IMG/VR virus record: IMGVR_UViG_3300017785_009685
Span: 1 to 47,321 of that record
Strand: one strand, 5' to 3'
From: a virus
Lineage: Duplodnaviria > Caudoviricetes
DNA length: 47,321 nt
Every line of letters begins with the position of its first letter. Within the stretch, counting starts at the first letter, position 1. A model generated the notes under the pieces. The model was not told the DNA's origin and made no database searches. It saw only the letters and a list, made by a program, of their open reading frames with translations. Position numbers and translations under genes: made by a program. Of this stretch, positions 8,801 through 17,022 are shown in pieces.

Positions 8801-10612
8801 CTTGAACCAGGGCCCGGGGCGGCGGGTGGAGGCCTCGTCTATGCGGCCTGGGAGGCCGCTGTTATTGCTGGCGAGGTTTAACTCCCGGTAGGTGATGTCG
8901 CCTTCGTAGTCACGGGAATAGAAGCCGCCTCCCTCGCCGAGGTGCAGGCCGCCATTAGCGTCGGTGACGAGCTGGACCCCGGACTGGCCATTGGCGCCGG
9001 GCAGGGCAGTGACGCGCCGGCGAATTGTAAGGTCGGGCGCGAGTTGCAGAAAGACGTAGGCCCCAGAGAAAGCGCCCATAATCGTGACTGAATTATCCGC
9101 GTGCAGCACGGCACTGCTGTCAAATACAAGCGCAGTCCCATCGGTGTATTTGTAAAAGGCGTTGACAGATGTAAAGAATGGATCACATTCCACGACCCAG
9201 GTGTAGGCGGGAGTGGCGGCTCTTTTGCTGCCGGTAAGAATCATCCGGCTGTCAAACTTGATCAGCGGAGCATTGATTGTCATGTTTCCGCCAAAAGTAA
9301 AGCCGGAAAGCAAAGTGCCGCCCGAGAGGTAGTAGGAGGAGTCGTAGGCGCCGGTGTAGGGATTTAGCAGGACATAAAGCGGAACGACGTCCCCCATCAG
9401 ACAGGCAAAGATCAGACGATCTCGGCTCGGATGCCAGGTCGCATCGAGAACCTGCGAGATGCCGTTCTGCCCGGCGGCTTGACTTGGGGTTCGAAGATAG
9501 AGCTGCCGCTTCCAGTAAATCAACCCATCAAGCCCCATGCGGAACACGAACAGCCCGAACGCGTTAGCTCCGAAGGCCCCCTGGCTGCGCGAGTAGAAGA
9601 TGACATCGCCCTGGGGCTGGGTCATCAGCTGCCAGCCATTGGTGTCATTCGTGAGTACAGGGATGTCGGTGATGCGAGTCCAGAGCACCTGGCCATTGGG
9701 GGCCCGGTAGACGACCGCCAGCCGCCTCTGGCTGGGGACGCCGCCTGCTGGGAGAAAATAGAAAAGCTGAAAGCTGTAATCAAAGGCCGTCAGGCAGGCC
9801 CCTGCTTTCGGGTTGATCTCGTTGAAATTGCCAACCTCGGTGGGGGTGGAGAGCCTGGAGACCCACATGCGGGGACCCAGGGCGTTGGAGAGCAGGGTGG
9901 ACTGGCCGACTGAGCCGCGTCCGGTCAGGAACATCCCGGGCAGCGCGGTGAGCCGCTCGCGAACCGAGATCGTGCCGGTGAGGCCGCCGCGCCCGGTGAG
10001 GGGGCCTTCGCGCAGGGGGCGGTCGCGACGCCCAGCAAACAGGCCGGCGCCCGGGCTGCCCAGGGAGCCGCGGCCGCCCACGGAGCCCTCGAGCCTGGCG
10101 GTGGCGATGCGCAGCCGGCTGGCATTGCCCAGCCCGCCACGGCCGGTGAGATTGGCGTAGAGCCGCGTGGTGGGGTTGACCCGCAGGATCAACCCGAACG
10201 GAGTGGTCTGCCACTGGGAGCAGCCCACCACGACGGTGTAGCGCCCGGGCGGAAAGAGGGTTAGGGCCTCGTCGACGTCAGAGGTGTTGACGATGTCGAT
10301 GCCGCGGGCATTGCCGCGCTCGTCAAGGCCAATGGCGCCGGTGTCGCTGCGCAGGCCGACCGAAACAAAGCGCCCGGTCCACTTGCTCTCGGTGATTGTC
10401 TGGACCTGGATGGCGCCGGGCACCAGCAGGGTGAAGGAGAAAAAGAGACTCTGGCTGCCGGCTTCGGCGCCGATGAAGCCGGAGAGCTGGGCCTTGATGT
10501 CGGTGATCGGGCCGAGATCCTTGCTGTCGCGCAGCGAGTCGTAGCGAACCAGCGCGGGGCGATTGAACGACGGGGCGCCATCCTGCGGCCGAATCGACAT
10601 AGCCCACAGCAC
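5804..10612 (-). CDS. large multi-LamG (concanavalin-like) tail/adhesin protein
   Basis: 1602 aa; three LamG-like units (FTIEAWVYP..WTHLAI..GYMQEIRITQGVARY; DFTIELW..GNLNDVRI; LTVEMAIYP..GYMDAIRVT), a propeller-like region and GxGGL repeats. Start may be ATG 10600. Confidence 0.8.
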   Translation of the reverse strand: MLWAMSIRPQDGAPSFNRPALVRYDSLRDSKDLGPITDIKAQLSGFIGAEAGSQSLFFSFTLLVPGAIQVQTITESKWTGRFVSVGLRSDTGAIGLDERGNARGIDIVNTSDVDEALTLFPPGRYTVVVGCSQWQTTPFGLILRVNPTTRLYANLTGRGGLGNASRLRIATARLEGSVGGRGSLGSPGAGLFAGRRDRPLREGPLTGRGGLTGTISVRERLTALPGMFLTGRGSVGQSTLLSNALGPRMWVSRLSTPTEVGNFNEINPKAGACLTAFDYSFQLFYFLPAGGVPSQRRLAVVYRAPNGQVLWTRITDIPVLTNDTNGWQLMTQPQGDVIFYSRSQGAFGANAFGLFVFRMGLDGLIYWKRQLYLRTPSQAAGQNGISQVLDATWHPSRDRLIFACLMGDVVPLYVLLNPYTGAYDSSYYLSGGTLLSGFTFGGNMTINAPLIKFDSRMILTGSKRAATPAYTWVVECDPFFTSVNAFYKYTDGTALVFDSSAVLHADNSVTIMGAFSGAYVFLQLAPDLTIRRRVTALPGANGQSGVQLVTDANGGLHLGEGGGFYSRDYEGDITYRELNLASNNSGLPGRIDEASTRRPGPWFKMSTRWGVVSTSGQGTGAGLGNLTIGFELDMAPTTVSGTGYSITIGTRQESRCATQVVPAIVERKSEVFDGGVGPVFFFSPVIELNTGTPSWNPVFLDASTLLTYEYQASAIRRGVSSGFPALVTKPDPAIEPDPLKPYVSLHLPGTGVADSTFFTDYSNFNHQAIPLGNVRYSIEQAKFPDLGGFFERTSIRFDGEEDAIVYNPSPGFRFGAQPFTIEAWVYPTAWNRMLFDNSPIGDPAAHNNSFYVYLDPSGYPFLYALGGIRINFTLNHFNQPLPIGVWTHLAICREDQLWRIYVNGKTQSSSWRYDLDLSAGALLIGRACFPLNVGFGGSLPNFAGYMQEIRITQGVARYHRNFQPRRAPIQYVPAGAPLSLPAGTEPAESGSPTTDLNFNETLLFARMNGSSNVFFDDGPYAHSLVPYGNAQQLAGGKWAGNHGVFDAFGDYIDVVTSPALALGAGDFTIELWATRIGEGQGPETFQYLIDSRTAEPSAQIALRVNRVATGRQLALYANGAIRILGVPMVTSTRYHIALVRRSGVFTLYMNGVPVGSPWGNATNYTATTWTIARARFPDGGGDMGHFHGNLNDVRILRKALYTGSFTPPIAPWAGPPTANARYWRLFDFRSSFSLGGFSEYALSELALHRGRNRLPGTTASSSPVPSSGLLTNTQDLSVTINCNWLRSSMEQLGAFIQLDAGASVDADALRLAIAGSVPSMPTGFSLSHSNDGTTFSTLGHVTGIAPTAGQLTQRLAFLPLPTDPGDANFDKVVLRLQAESPGTSAIDTGPRGLVVINSNVSKSTAQAFEGSQSFLFGAGSDAYLTLGESANRSTFFSFGTGALTVEMAIYPLTVPPTNAVLFCTNAIGDAASYTNGFMWVLTNQMKLDLYVNGAYRGSTDAALPLGAWSEIRLTRNLNGLWRHAINGTANGTPFVNNVALTNRSFTIGRTGANGAELLLYNGYMDAIRVTRGLSRGDTSPVRALNGALGGQGRLVGSTLLSG

Positions 10613-10658
10613 CCTGGCGATCAGGCCATTCTGGCAGTGATAGGGCGTGCGACTCGCT

Positions 10659-12896
10659 TCAGGTGGCGCTCAGCGTTCCGCTCAGGCCGCCGCCGCCGGC
10701 GACATCGACCAGTGGGTACTCATTTGGCGGCTTGGAGCTCAGCCAGGGGCGACCCAGGCCGCCCCGGCCGCGCAGGTTGGCCGGAGGCCGGTTGAACCTC
10801 GAGGCGGACAGGCTGCCGCTCCCTGTGAGCCGGCAGCGCAGCAGGCGCCTGACGATTCGCAGATCGGGCTTGACGCTCAGGCTGGCCCGCAGGCGCCCGA
10901 ACCCCTTAACCCGGCCCCTGGGCCCCCAGGCCAGATCAGCCAGCAGCCGGCCGTTGCCGCGCATGGGGGAGCGCAGGTAGCGGACCTTGATGGCGACAAG
11001 CGCCCCGAGCGCCAGGCCGCCACGGCCGCGCAGGGGCCTGGGGCCGCCTGCATTGAGACTGCCGCTCTGCGGCTGCACTGGCGCGGCGGTGGAGAGGTCT
11101 TCATCGCCAAAGCCCAGCTCCTGCAGTTGCCCCCGGCAGTAGGGACCATCGCCCCAGTCGTAGGCGAGCAGCAGCTCGGGGGATTCAGAGCGGAACAGGC
11201 GCAGCTCCGGCATCACCAGCCCCTGGGCTGCCAGGGTCCAGCGAGGATCGGCCGGACTCACAGCGGTGGAGGCGCGCCCGGGTAGGGGGCCGCCCCAGCG
11301 GGCGTAGCGCAGCAGCTGGGGGGAGGTGGCCTGATAGGCGGTGCTGGCCTCTCCGTCGAGGGCGTAGGCGCCGTCCCGATACCAGGGACTGAGAACGGGC
11401 AGTCCGTCAGGAAGGTCCGGCAACTGGGAGACGACGAAGCCGGTGGCCAGCGGGTCGTAGCCCGCCGCCGCGGCAATGGCGGGGAAGTTCTCCAGGGTGG
11501 AGAAGAGCGCCGCTGAGCTCATCGTGCGATCGGCGGCCAGCAGGCGGGTCATGCCGTAGCTGAGCAGCAATCCGGCGGAGTCCTGGCTGGGGTCAGCCCC
11601 AAAGACCGCATCACCGGGGCCCGGCAAGCGCTGCTCGGCGATGAAGTCCGGGTAGAGGAGGCGCAGCGACGGCAGGGCAAATGAGGGCCCAGGCACCCGG
11701 ACGCCAGCTTCGACGAGGTTGTCGATCAGGGGCGGCAGGGCCGCGTCGAGGCGGCGCAGCAGCTCGCCTGGCGGGTTCTGCAGCCGGCGCACCAGGGCGC
11801 CATCAGTGACAAAGGCGGTGATACGGCGCTGATGCGCCGAAGCGCGATACAGGTTGCGGGCGCTCAGCTGAGAGGTGGCCGGCTCCAGGTCCCGGATGAC
11901 GTCGTTGTTCCAGAGCAGGACCTCATCGAGGTGCAGGACGATCAGGCGCTCCCCCTCGATCGGTAGCCCCAGCAGCACCTCGCGGTGGTAGCGGCCGTTG
12001 GTCAGTCGCAGAAAGGGGACACCAGGGGTGTCAGGTGATTGCTGGCCAAGCAGGACCGCTTGGGCCAGGCCCAGCTCGGGGTAGGCCCCGTAGATGTCGT
12101 AGGCCCGATCCGAGAAGATGACGCGCCGGCCTGGATTGGCCCGGAAATCAGGGAGTGACAGCCTGGTGGCCAAATACGTCGGCGGTGTCTCTGGCAGGTC
12201 GACCGTGGCCCAGCTCAAGCCGGTGGCGCCACCAACGCGCAGGAGGCTGGTGTTGCCCCGCAAGCGGATGAACCAGGCATGGCCAAGGCCGGCCAGCGCC
12301 GGCTGCTGGTAGGAGGGGATGACCTGCAGGCCCATCCGCAGCTGGCCGGTGCCACTGGCACGGGCGACCAGGGTTTCGGTTGGCTGCAGGGAGGCGCGCA
12401 GTCCGCCCCGGCCGCGCAGGAAGACTTCCGGGCGCAGGGTCGAGAGCTTGGCGCGCAGCCGGCCCCTGGATTGCGGCGCGAGGCGGGGCCGCTCGAGGGC
12501 GAACACCTGCAGCTGCAGGGAGAAGGGAATCTCCTGCCACTGGCTGGTGCTGATGACGACGGTGTAGTCGCCAGCCGGCAGTCTTTGCTGCGACTCATCG
12601 GGCCCGGTGTTGGCGACATCGACGCCAAGGGCCCGGCCGTCGTCGCCCAGGATGATGGTGCGACCGCCTGCGCCCTGCAGGGCGGCCGCGACGTAGCGGT
12701 CGGTAAAGGGCGCGACCGCCAGCAGCCGCACGAAGACCGTGCCGGGCACGGCCAGGCTGAAGGTGAGGCGCAGGGTGGCGCTACCGGTCCGCTCGCCGAT
12801 CTCGCCGCTGTAGGTGGCGCTGCTGGTGCCCACCGGACCCAGGGACCGCCAGAGCCTGCCTCCTCCCTGGTCAGCCATCGATGGCGGCGGCGTCAC
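10659..12896 (-). CDS. virion protein, N-terminally paralogous to 5804-10612
   Basis: 745 aa; shares LGP..SGxIG..F.L.VPG..D..NT..P.G.YTVV...SQWQ..PF and GxGxL repeats with the downstream gene. Confidence 0.7.
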   Translation of the reverse strand: MTPPPSMADQGGGRLWRSLGPVGTSSATYSGEIGERTGSATLRLTFSLAVPGTVFVRLLAVAPFTDRYVAAALQGAGGRTIILGDDGRALGVDVANTGPDESQQRLPAGDYTVVISTSQWQEIPFSLQLQVFALERPRLAPQSRGRLRAKLSTLRPEVFLRGRGGLRASLQPTETLVARASGTGQLRMGLQVIPSYQQPALAGLGHAWFIRLRGNTSLLRVGGATGLSWATVDLPETPPTYLATRLSLPDFRANPGRRVIFSDRAYDIYGAYPELGLAQAVLLGQQSPDTPGVPFLRLTNGRYHREVLLGLPIEGERLIVLHLDEVLLWNNDVIRDLEPATSQLSARNLYRASAHQRRITAFVTDGALVRRLQNPPGELLRRLDAALPPLIDNLVEAGVRVPGPSFALPSLRLLYPDFIAEQRLPGPGDAVFGADPSQDSAGLLLSYGMTRLLAADRTMSSAALFSTLENFPAIAAAAGYDPLATGFVVSQLPDLPDGLPVLSPWYRDGAYALDGEASTAYQATSPQLLRYARWGGPLPGRASTAVSPADPRWTLAAQGLVMPELRLFRSESPELLLAYDWGDGPYCRGQLQELGFGDEDLSTAAPVQPQSGSLNAGGPRPLRGRGGLALGALVAIKVRYLRSPMRGNGRLLADLAWGPRGRVKGFGRLRASLSVKPDLRIVRRLLRCRLTGSGSLSASRFNRPPANLRGRGGLGRPWLSSKPPNEYPLVDVAGGGGLSGTLSAT

Positions 12897-13510
12897 AATC
12901 CAGCGTAGAAGGTACGCGCTCCAATGCCTGGCGCCCTGAGCCGGTGGGCCATGCTGCGGTGGGTCAGGGGCCGCAGGGCGCGGATCAGATCGTCGGCGTG
13001 GCGCTCATCCCAGCAGAGGGTGGGGTTGCGGTGCGGCGTCGGGCGGGCACGGGCCACAAGGCCAAGGGTCTCCACCCACTCGAGCACCTGGGGCACCGGC
13101 GCGGCCGGGCCGCACAGGCGCAGGCTGGCCAGTGCCTGTGTGCGGACGCCGTCATCCATCCAGGCGGCGGCCAGGCCGCCGATCCCCACGGTGTAAAGCA
13201 CCTCCTGGCTCAGCTGCCGCTTGTCTCGCGGGTGGAGCAGGCGGTAGGCGCCCCAGAGCTCTGGGCAGGTGAACTCAGCCACCAGGTCGTCGTAGACGGC
13301 GTCGGCCGCCAGCCGATTCCAGTGCACCTTGAAGGGCTCGCCATCGTGCAGGCGCCGCAGGGTGCGGACCTGGTGGTCAAGGTAGGTCTTCTCCAGCTCG
13401 GAGCGACGCAGCTGCAGCCAGGGGCGCTGCTTCTGGCCCCTCAGGCTCAGCCGGCCGCGGCTGCCTGTGCAGTAACAGATCACGCGGGTCGCAAACGGGA
13501 TCGAGGTCAT
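12893..13510 (-). CDS. LAGLIDADG-like protein B (degenerate)
   Basis: Likely ATG at 13510 (MTSIPF, 205 aa); KRQLSQEVL..GLAAAWMDDG is the second motif of LAGLIDADG_2-type proteins; the first motif is degenerate. Confidence 0.6.
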   Translation of the reverse strand: MTSIPFATRVICYCTGSRGRLSLRGQKQRPWLQLRRSELEKTYLDHQVRTLRRLHDGEPFKVHWNRLAADAVYDDLVAEFTCPELWGAYRLLHPRDKRQLSQEVLYTVGIGGLAAAWMDDGVRTQALASLRLCGPAAPVPQVLEWVETLGLVARARPTPHRNPTLCWDERHADDLIRALRPLTHRSMAHRLRAPGIGARTFYAGL

Positions 13511-14105
13511 TGAGGAGCTGCAGAAAGAGGTGCCGGCGAGTTGCGGGGCTGTAGTCGAGCAACTGCTCGGCCGCCTTGGCGGCATTGCTCGGGTCAAGCA
13601 GCAGGGCGGGACGCCGGCCGCGCAGGCGCACCTTGCAGGTGACGCCGAGGATGGCTTGCAGCCACTGGGCGACCAGGACGGCCTCTTCGGTGTTGCGCAC
13701 CGCCGAGCGCAGCTCGAAACCGCCGGGGGTGCGGCGGCCGTGGTCGCTGAACAGCCAGGCAATGGCGCGTGCACCGCAAAGCTCCAGGCAGGCCGAGGAA
13801 ATCCGCTTGGAGCCGCGCGGGACGAAGAGGTTGTACAGGGGCCGCAGGCGGTCAGAGGTGATCTTGAAGCGCAGGCCTGGGTAGAGCCTCTCGCCTTTGT
13901 GGGTGCGGTTGCGGGTCTGGGTGACGCCAGCGGCTGTCGGAAAAAAACTGCGGATCTCGGCGACTTTTTCGTGGAAGAAAGCGGCCTGGCCCTGGGAGCC
14001 ACTCCAGACGATTTCGATGTAACTGACGGTGGGGCGGCGCAGGAGGCTGAGGCTGCCGGTGGAGACCAGCACCGAGGAGAGACCGCGAGCCTGGTCAGGC
14101 GTCAT
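13377..14105 (-). CDS. LAGLIDADG-like protein A (degenerate)
   Basis: GLSSVLVSTGSL...LRPLYNLFVPRGSKRIS...AIAWLFSDHG...TEEAVLVAQWL fits LAGLIDADG_2 architecture with eroded catalytic GDG/DDG motifs. Confidence 0.65.
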   Translation of the reverse strand: MTPDQARGLSSVLVSTGSLSLLRRPTVSYIEIVWSGSQGQAAFFHEKVAEIRSFFPTAAGVTQTRNRTHKGERLYPGLRFKITSDRLRPLYNLFVPRGSKRISSACLELCGARAIAWLFSDHGRRTPGGFELRSAVRNTEEAVLVAQWLQAILGVTCKVRLRGRRPALLLDPSNAAKAAEQLLDYSPATRRHLFLQLLNDLDPVCDPRDLLLHRQPRPAEPEGPEAAPLAAAASLRAGEDLP

Positions 14106-14172
14106 GCAATGTTTTCCCGATTCGTGCGTCCTAGATTAAGACACGTCATGCGACACGGGAGACTCCCCGACC

Positions 14173-15315
14173 ATGTGGATCGATAACGACTTTCCCAAGC
14201 TGCTCGGGGTTGAGCTTCACCGCCCCCATCCGAGCTACATCGTCGAGATGGTCTCGGCGCCTCTGGTCGTCTGGGATTGGGGCAAGTCCCCCGGCCAGAC
14301 GGTCCAGCTCGACCGTTACCGCTTCTGGGGCAACCCCGGCACCAAGGATTCCCGCGAGCGCACCGCCGACCAGACCCTCGGCACCGCCTCCAGCCGGAAC
14401 ATCGTCAAGGACAAGGTGCTGGTGACCCTCAAGGAGTACACCGGCCCTGCTGACCCGATCGACCCCGCGGCTCCCTCGACCTTCAAGGTCTCCCGCGAAA
14501 CCCTGCTCACCGGTCAGCGCCTGCTGCTCGACTACGGGAACATCAATATGTTCCACCAGAGCATCGGTTCGATGACCATGCTCGACGACTACCGCCGCTG
14601 GAAGGACCGCGTCTTCTCCGACGAGCTGTTCAAGGCCGAATCCAACGGCGCCTCCAACGACACCCGCGGTGGCTACTACTACCCCGGCGCCAAGACCAAG
14701 GCCGGCTCGGCTCCCTTCTTGACCTACACCTCCGGCCAGAGCGGCAAGTTCTCCGTCAAGAACGACCTGCTGCCTGTCATCCGGGACCTGAACAAGCGCA
14801 ACGCGCCTCGCTTCGATGACGGCTTCTACCGGGCCATCGTCGATCCGACCGCCATGCTCCACCTCCGCCAGGACGCGGACTTCAGGGAAATCGCTCGCTA
14901 CCCCGGCAACGGGATGATCGATCCGATGAACCCGTCGATGCAGCCCAACGCCATCAACTTCCTTGGCAACGGTCCTGCCTACGGTCAGTCCGGCTCGATC
15001 AATGGCCAGATGAGCTCGCCCACCGGCTTCCTCTTTGAGGGTGTCCGCTGGTTCGAGTCGACCAACCTGGCGGCCAAGAGCCTGCAGGTCAGCATCGCTG
15101 ATGCGAGCATCACCAACGCGGTGACCACCGCTGCTCCGATCCTGTTCTTCGGACCCCAGTCCGTCGGCGTCGGCATCGGCGGCAAAGACGCTCAGATTCT
15201 TCTGAGCAATGACGACGACTTCGGTCGTTTCATCATCATGGTCTGGAGTCTGTTCGGTGGCTTCGAACTCCTCAACAGGGATTTCGTCACCGTGGCGTAT
15301 TCCTTCGCCTACTGA
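14173..15315 (+). CDS. major capsid protein
   Basis: 380 aa with very strong codon bias; PGQTVQLDRY, LKEYTGP, LHLRQDADF, FEGVRWFESTN and DDFGRF motifs of N4-gp56-like/S-EIV1-type cyanophage capsids (recognised from memory). Confidence 0.85.
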   Translation: MWIDNDFPKLLGVELHRPHPSYIVEMVSAPLVVWDWGKSPGQTVQLDRYRFWGNPGTKDSRERTADQTLGTASSRNIVKDKVLVTLKEYTGPADPIDPAAPSTFKVSRETLLTGQRLLLDYGNINMFHQSIGSMTMLDDYRRWKDRVFSDELFKAESNGASNDTRGGYYYPGAKTKAGSAPFLTYTSGQSGKFSVKNDLLPVIRDLNKRNAPRFDDGFYRAIVDPTAMLHLRQDADFREIARYPGNGMIDPMNPSMQPNAINFLGNGPAYGQSGSINGQMSSPTGFLFEGVRWFESTNLAAKSLQVSIADASITNAVTTAAPILFFGPQSVGVGIGGKDAQILLSNDDDFGRFIIMVWSLFGGFELLNRDFVTVAYSFAY

Positions 15316-15359
15316 TTCCTCCTACTCATTCAACCCAACCTCTGTAGGAGAACTTCCTC

Positions 15360-15998
15360 ATGGCCAAGCGTATTTTCCCCGGTAACTTCACCAACCGGCT
15401 CTCCGGCTACCAGACCCAGTGCGTCATCTCCGAGCCCGGTCGGGCCTACTACTCGATCGTCGGTTACGCCCTGGTCACCTCCACCGGCGCCACCTCGTTC
15501 CCGATCACCATCCCCAGCCCGGACTTGCGCTCTGACGACAAGCCCCGCGCTGACCGGGTTGGCCTGACCGTTCCCATCGGCGCGGCGGTCTACTCGGTGG
15601 GCATTCGCGTGCCCGACATGCGCAGGGAGCGTGGCGTCGGTACCGCCTTCAGCGGCCTGGTGGGGACCAACACCAACCGCCTCAAGGTCGCTGATGCCAT
15701 CGCCAACGACGCCAGCATCACCACCGCTGTGATTGCCAGTCCTTCGGCGTCCCTGGCTGTCGCCAACACCACCATCGCCCCGGGCTCTGCTCGCCAAAGC
15801 CTGCAGACTGCGGCGATCCTGGCGGCTGCTGAGACCCTGCAGGTGTTCGTCACCGACTCCACCGGCACCGCCGCTGGCGCCAACCTCACCTCCACTGTGG
15901 CTGGTGGCACTCCGATCATCGTCGAGGTCAACTACCTCCTCGATGACGACGTGGCTGACCTTGACGACGTCCGCCTGCCGTTCCGCGTCGAGAACTGA
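15360..15998 (+). CDS. putative capsid decoration/minor capsid protein
   Basis: 212 aa directly after the MCP; AGGAG RBS; same strong codon bias; followed by a terminator. Confidence 0.65.
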   Translation: MAKRIFPGNFTNRLSGYQTQCVISEPGRAYYSIVGYALVTSTGATSFPITIPSPDLRSDDKPRADRVGLTVPIGAAVYSVGIRVPDMRRERGVGTAFSGLVGTNTNRLKVADAIANDASITTAVIASPSASLAVANTTIAPGSARQSLQTAAILAAAETLQVFVTDSTGTAAGANLTSTVAGGTPIIVEVNYLLDDDVADLDDVRLPFRVEN

Positions 15999-16023
15999 GC
16001 CCTGGCTCAGACTCCGTAAGATA

Positions 16024-16055
16024 GGGGTGCTCGATTCGTCGGGCGCCCCTTTTTT
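16024..16055 (+). terminator. Rho-independent terminator
   Basis: GGGGTGCTCGA-TTCG-TCGGGCGCCCC followed by TTTTTT. Confidence 0.85.
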
Positions 16056-16071
16056 CATGCCTTCGATCACC

Positions 16072-16500
16072 ATGGCACTTGTCAAGGACACTTCGACCGG
16101 ACAGGTGGTCGAGTTCATCGGTCACCACGACGTCGACTTTGCGATGGTGCGCGACACCACCGGCCGCGTGTACTACCCGCAGCTGAGCAAGCTGCTGTTC
16201 TTCGAGCCTGGCGCTGGCACCTCCACTGACGGCCCCCAGCCTCAGAAAGCTGGCTCCGCGGCGGAAGAAGAGGAGCTGAAGGCCTCGGCGATTCCGCCCG
16301 AGACGCGGATGAATGTCAACTACGCCTCCGCTGAGCAGCTGGTGTCGCTCAAGGGAATCGGCTACGCCACGGCCAAGAAGATCGTCGAGCTGCGCAACTC
16401 CCTACCCGGCGAGCGCTTCAAGAACCTTGACCAGCTGCGCAGCATCGAGCGGGTCAGCTGGGATGAGGTGTTCGCCGAGGATCAGTTCTACATCGGGTGA
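16072..16500 (+). CDS. helix-hairpin-helix (ComEA-like) protein
   Basis: C-terminal MNVNYASAEQLVSLKGIGYATAKKIVELR..RFKNLDQLRSI is a classic HhH_3 motif; start ATG 16072 (or 16057). Confidence 0.85.
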   Translation: MALVKDTSTGQVVEFIGHHDVDFAMVRDTTGRVYYPQLSKLLFFEPGAGTSTDGPQPQKAGSAAEEEELKASAIPPETRMNVNYASAEQLVSLKGIGYATAKKIVELRNSLPGERFKNLDQLRSIERVSWDEVFAEDQFYIG

Positions 16501-16534
16501 CCCCTAGACTGGTCTCGCACCCCACCCGGGGCCC

Positions 16535-17020
16535 TTGGAACTCTCCAACCTCGACAAGTCGCGCTGCCGCTTCCACCTGGGCATGAACTCAGGCGGGCAG
16601 ATTCCGGCCGGCGATCTGTCGCGCCTGGAGGAAGCCATGGCACGCATCCCAGACTCGCACTGGTACGGCCGCATCGTCGAGCACATCGACCGTTGCGATC
16701 GCGCCTGGAGCACCTCTGAGGTGTACGGCAGTCCCGATGGCCCGAGGCCATCGCGGATTGAGCGCTTCACCGGTGACACCGAGCGGGCGATCTACCAGTC
16801 CGATCCGATCAAAGCCGATCAGATCGCCAGGGAGATCTACCTGCGGGAAGTGGACCGGCTGGCCGAGAGCCTCTACGTGGCGAACTATCGCCGCGAAGAG
16901 GTGCGCCGCTATGCGTTCTCGGCCAGTGGTGGTGAGTTCGTCAATGCCCTGCCGGGCCCGGCCGATACCTCGGTCGTCGACAGGGTGACTGCCTACACCG
17001 GATCTCTCAACTGGCGCTGA
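16535..17020 (+). CDS. putative head completion/adaptor protein
   Basis: 161 aa helical protein (DKSRCRFHLG) downstream of capsid genes; function inferred from position. Confidence 0.5.
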   Translation: MELSNLDKSRCRFHLGMNSGGQIPAGDLSRLEEAMARIPDSHWYGRIVEHIDRCDRAWSTSEVYGSPDGPRPSRIERFTGDTERAIYQSDPIKADQIAREIYLREVDRLAESLYVANYRREEVRRYAFSASGGEFVNALPGPADTSVVDRVTAYTGSLNWR

Positions 17021-17022
17021 TC

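Noticed and set aside
12893-14002. 369-aa version of LAGLIDADG B
   Set aside because: The first 164 or so codons are an alternative frame of gene A with non-protein-like composition; ATG 13510 is preferred.
15733-16071. N-terminal extension or frameshift fusion of the HhH gene with the upstream capsid-associated gene
   Set aside because: It crosses a strong terminator, no slippery site is evident, and homology to the fibre N-terminus supports a start at 16072.
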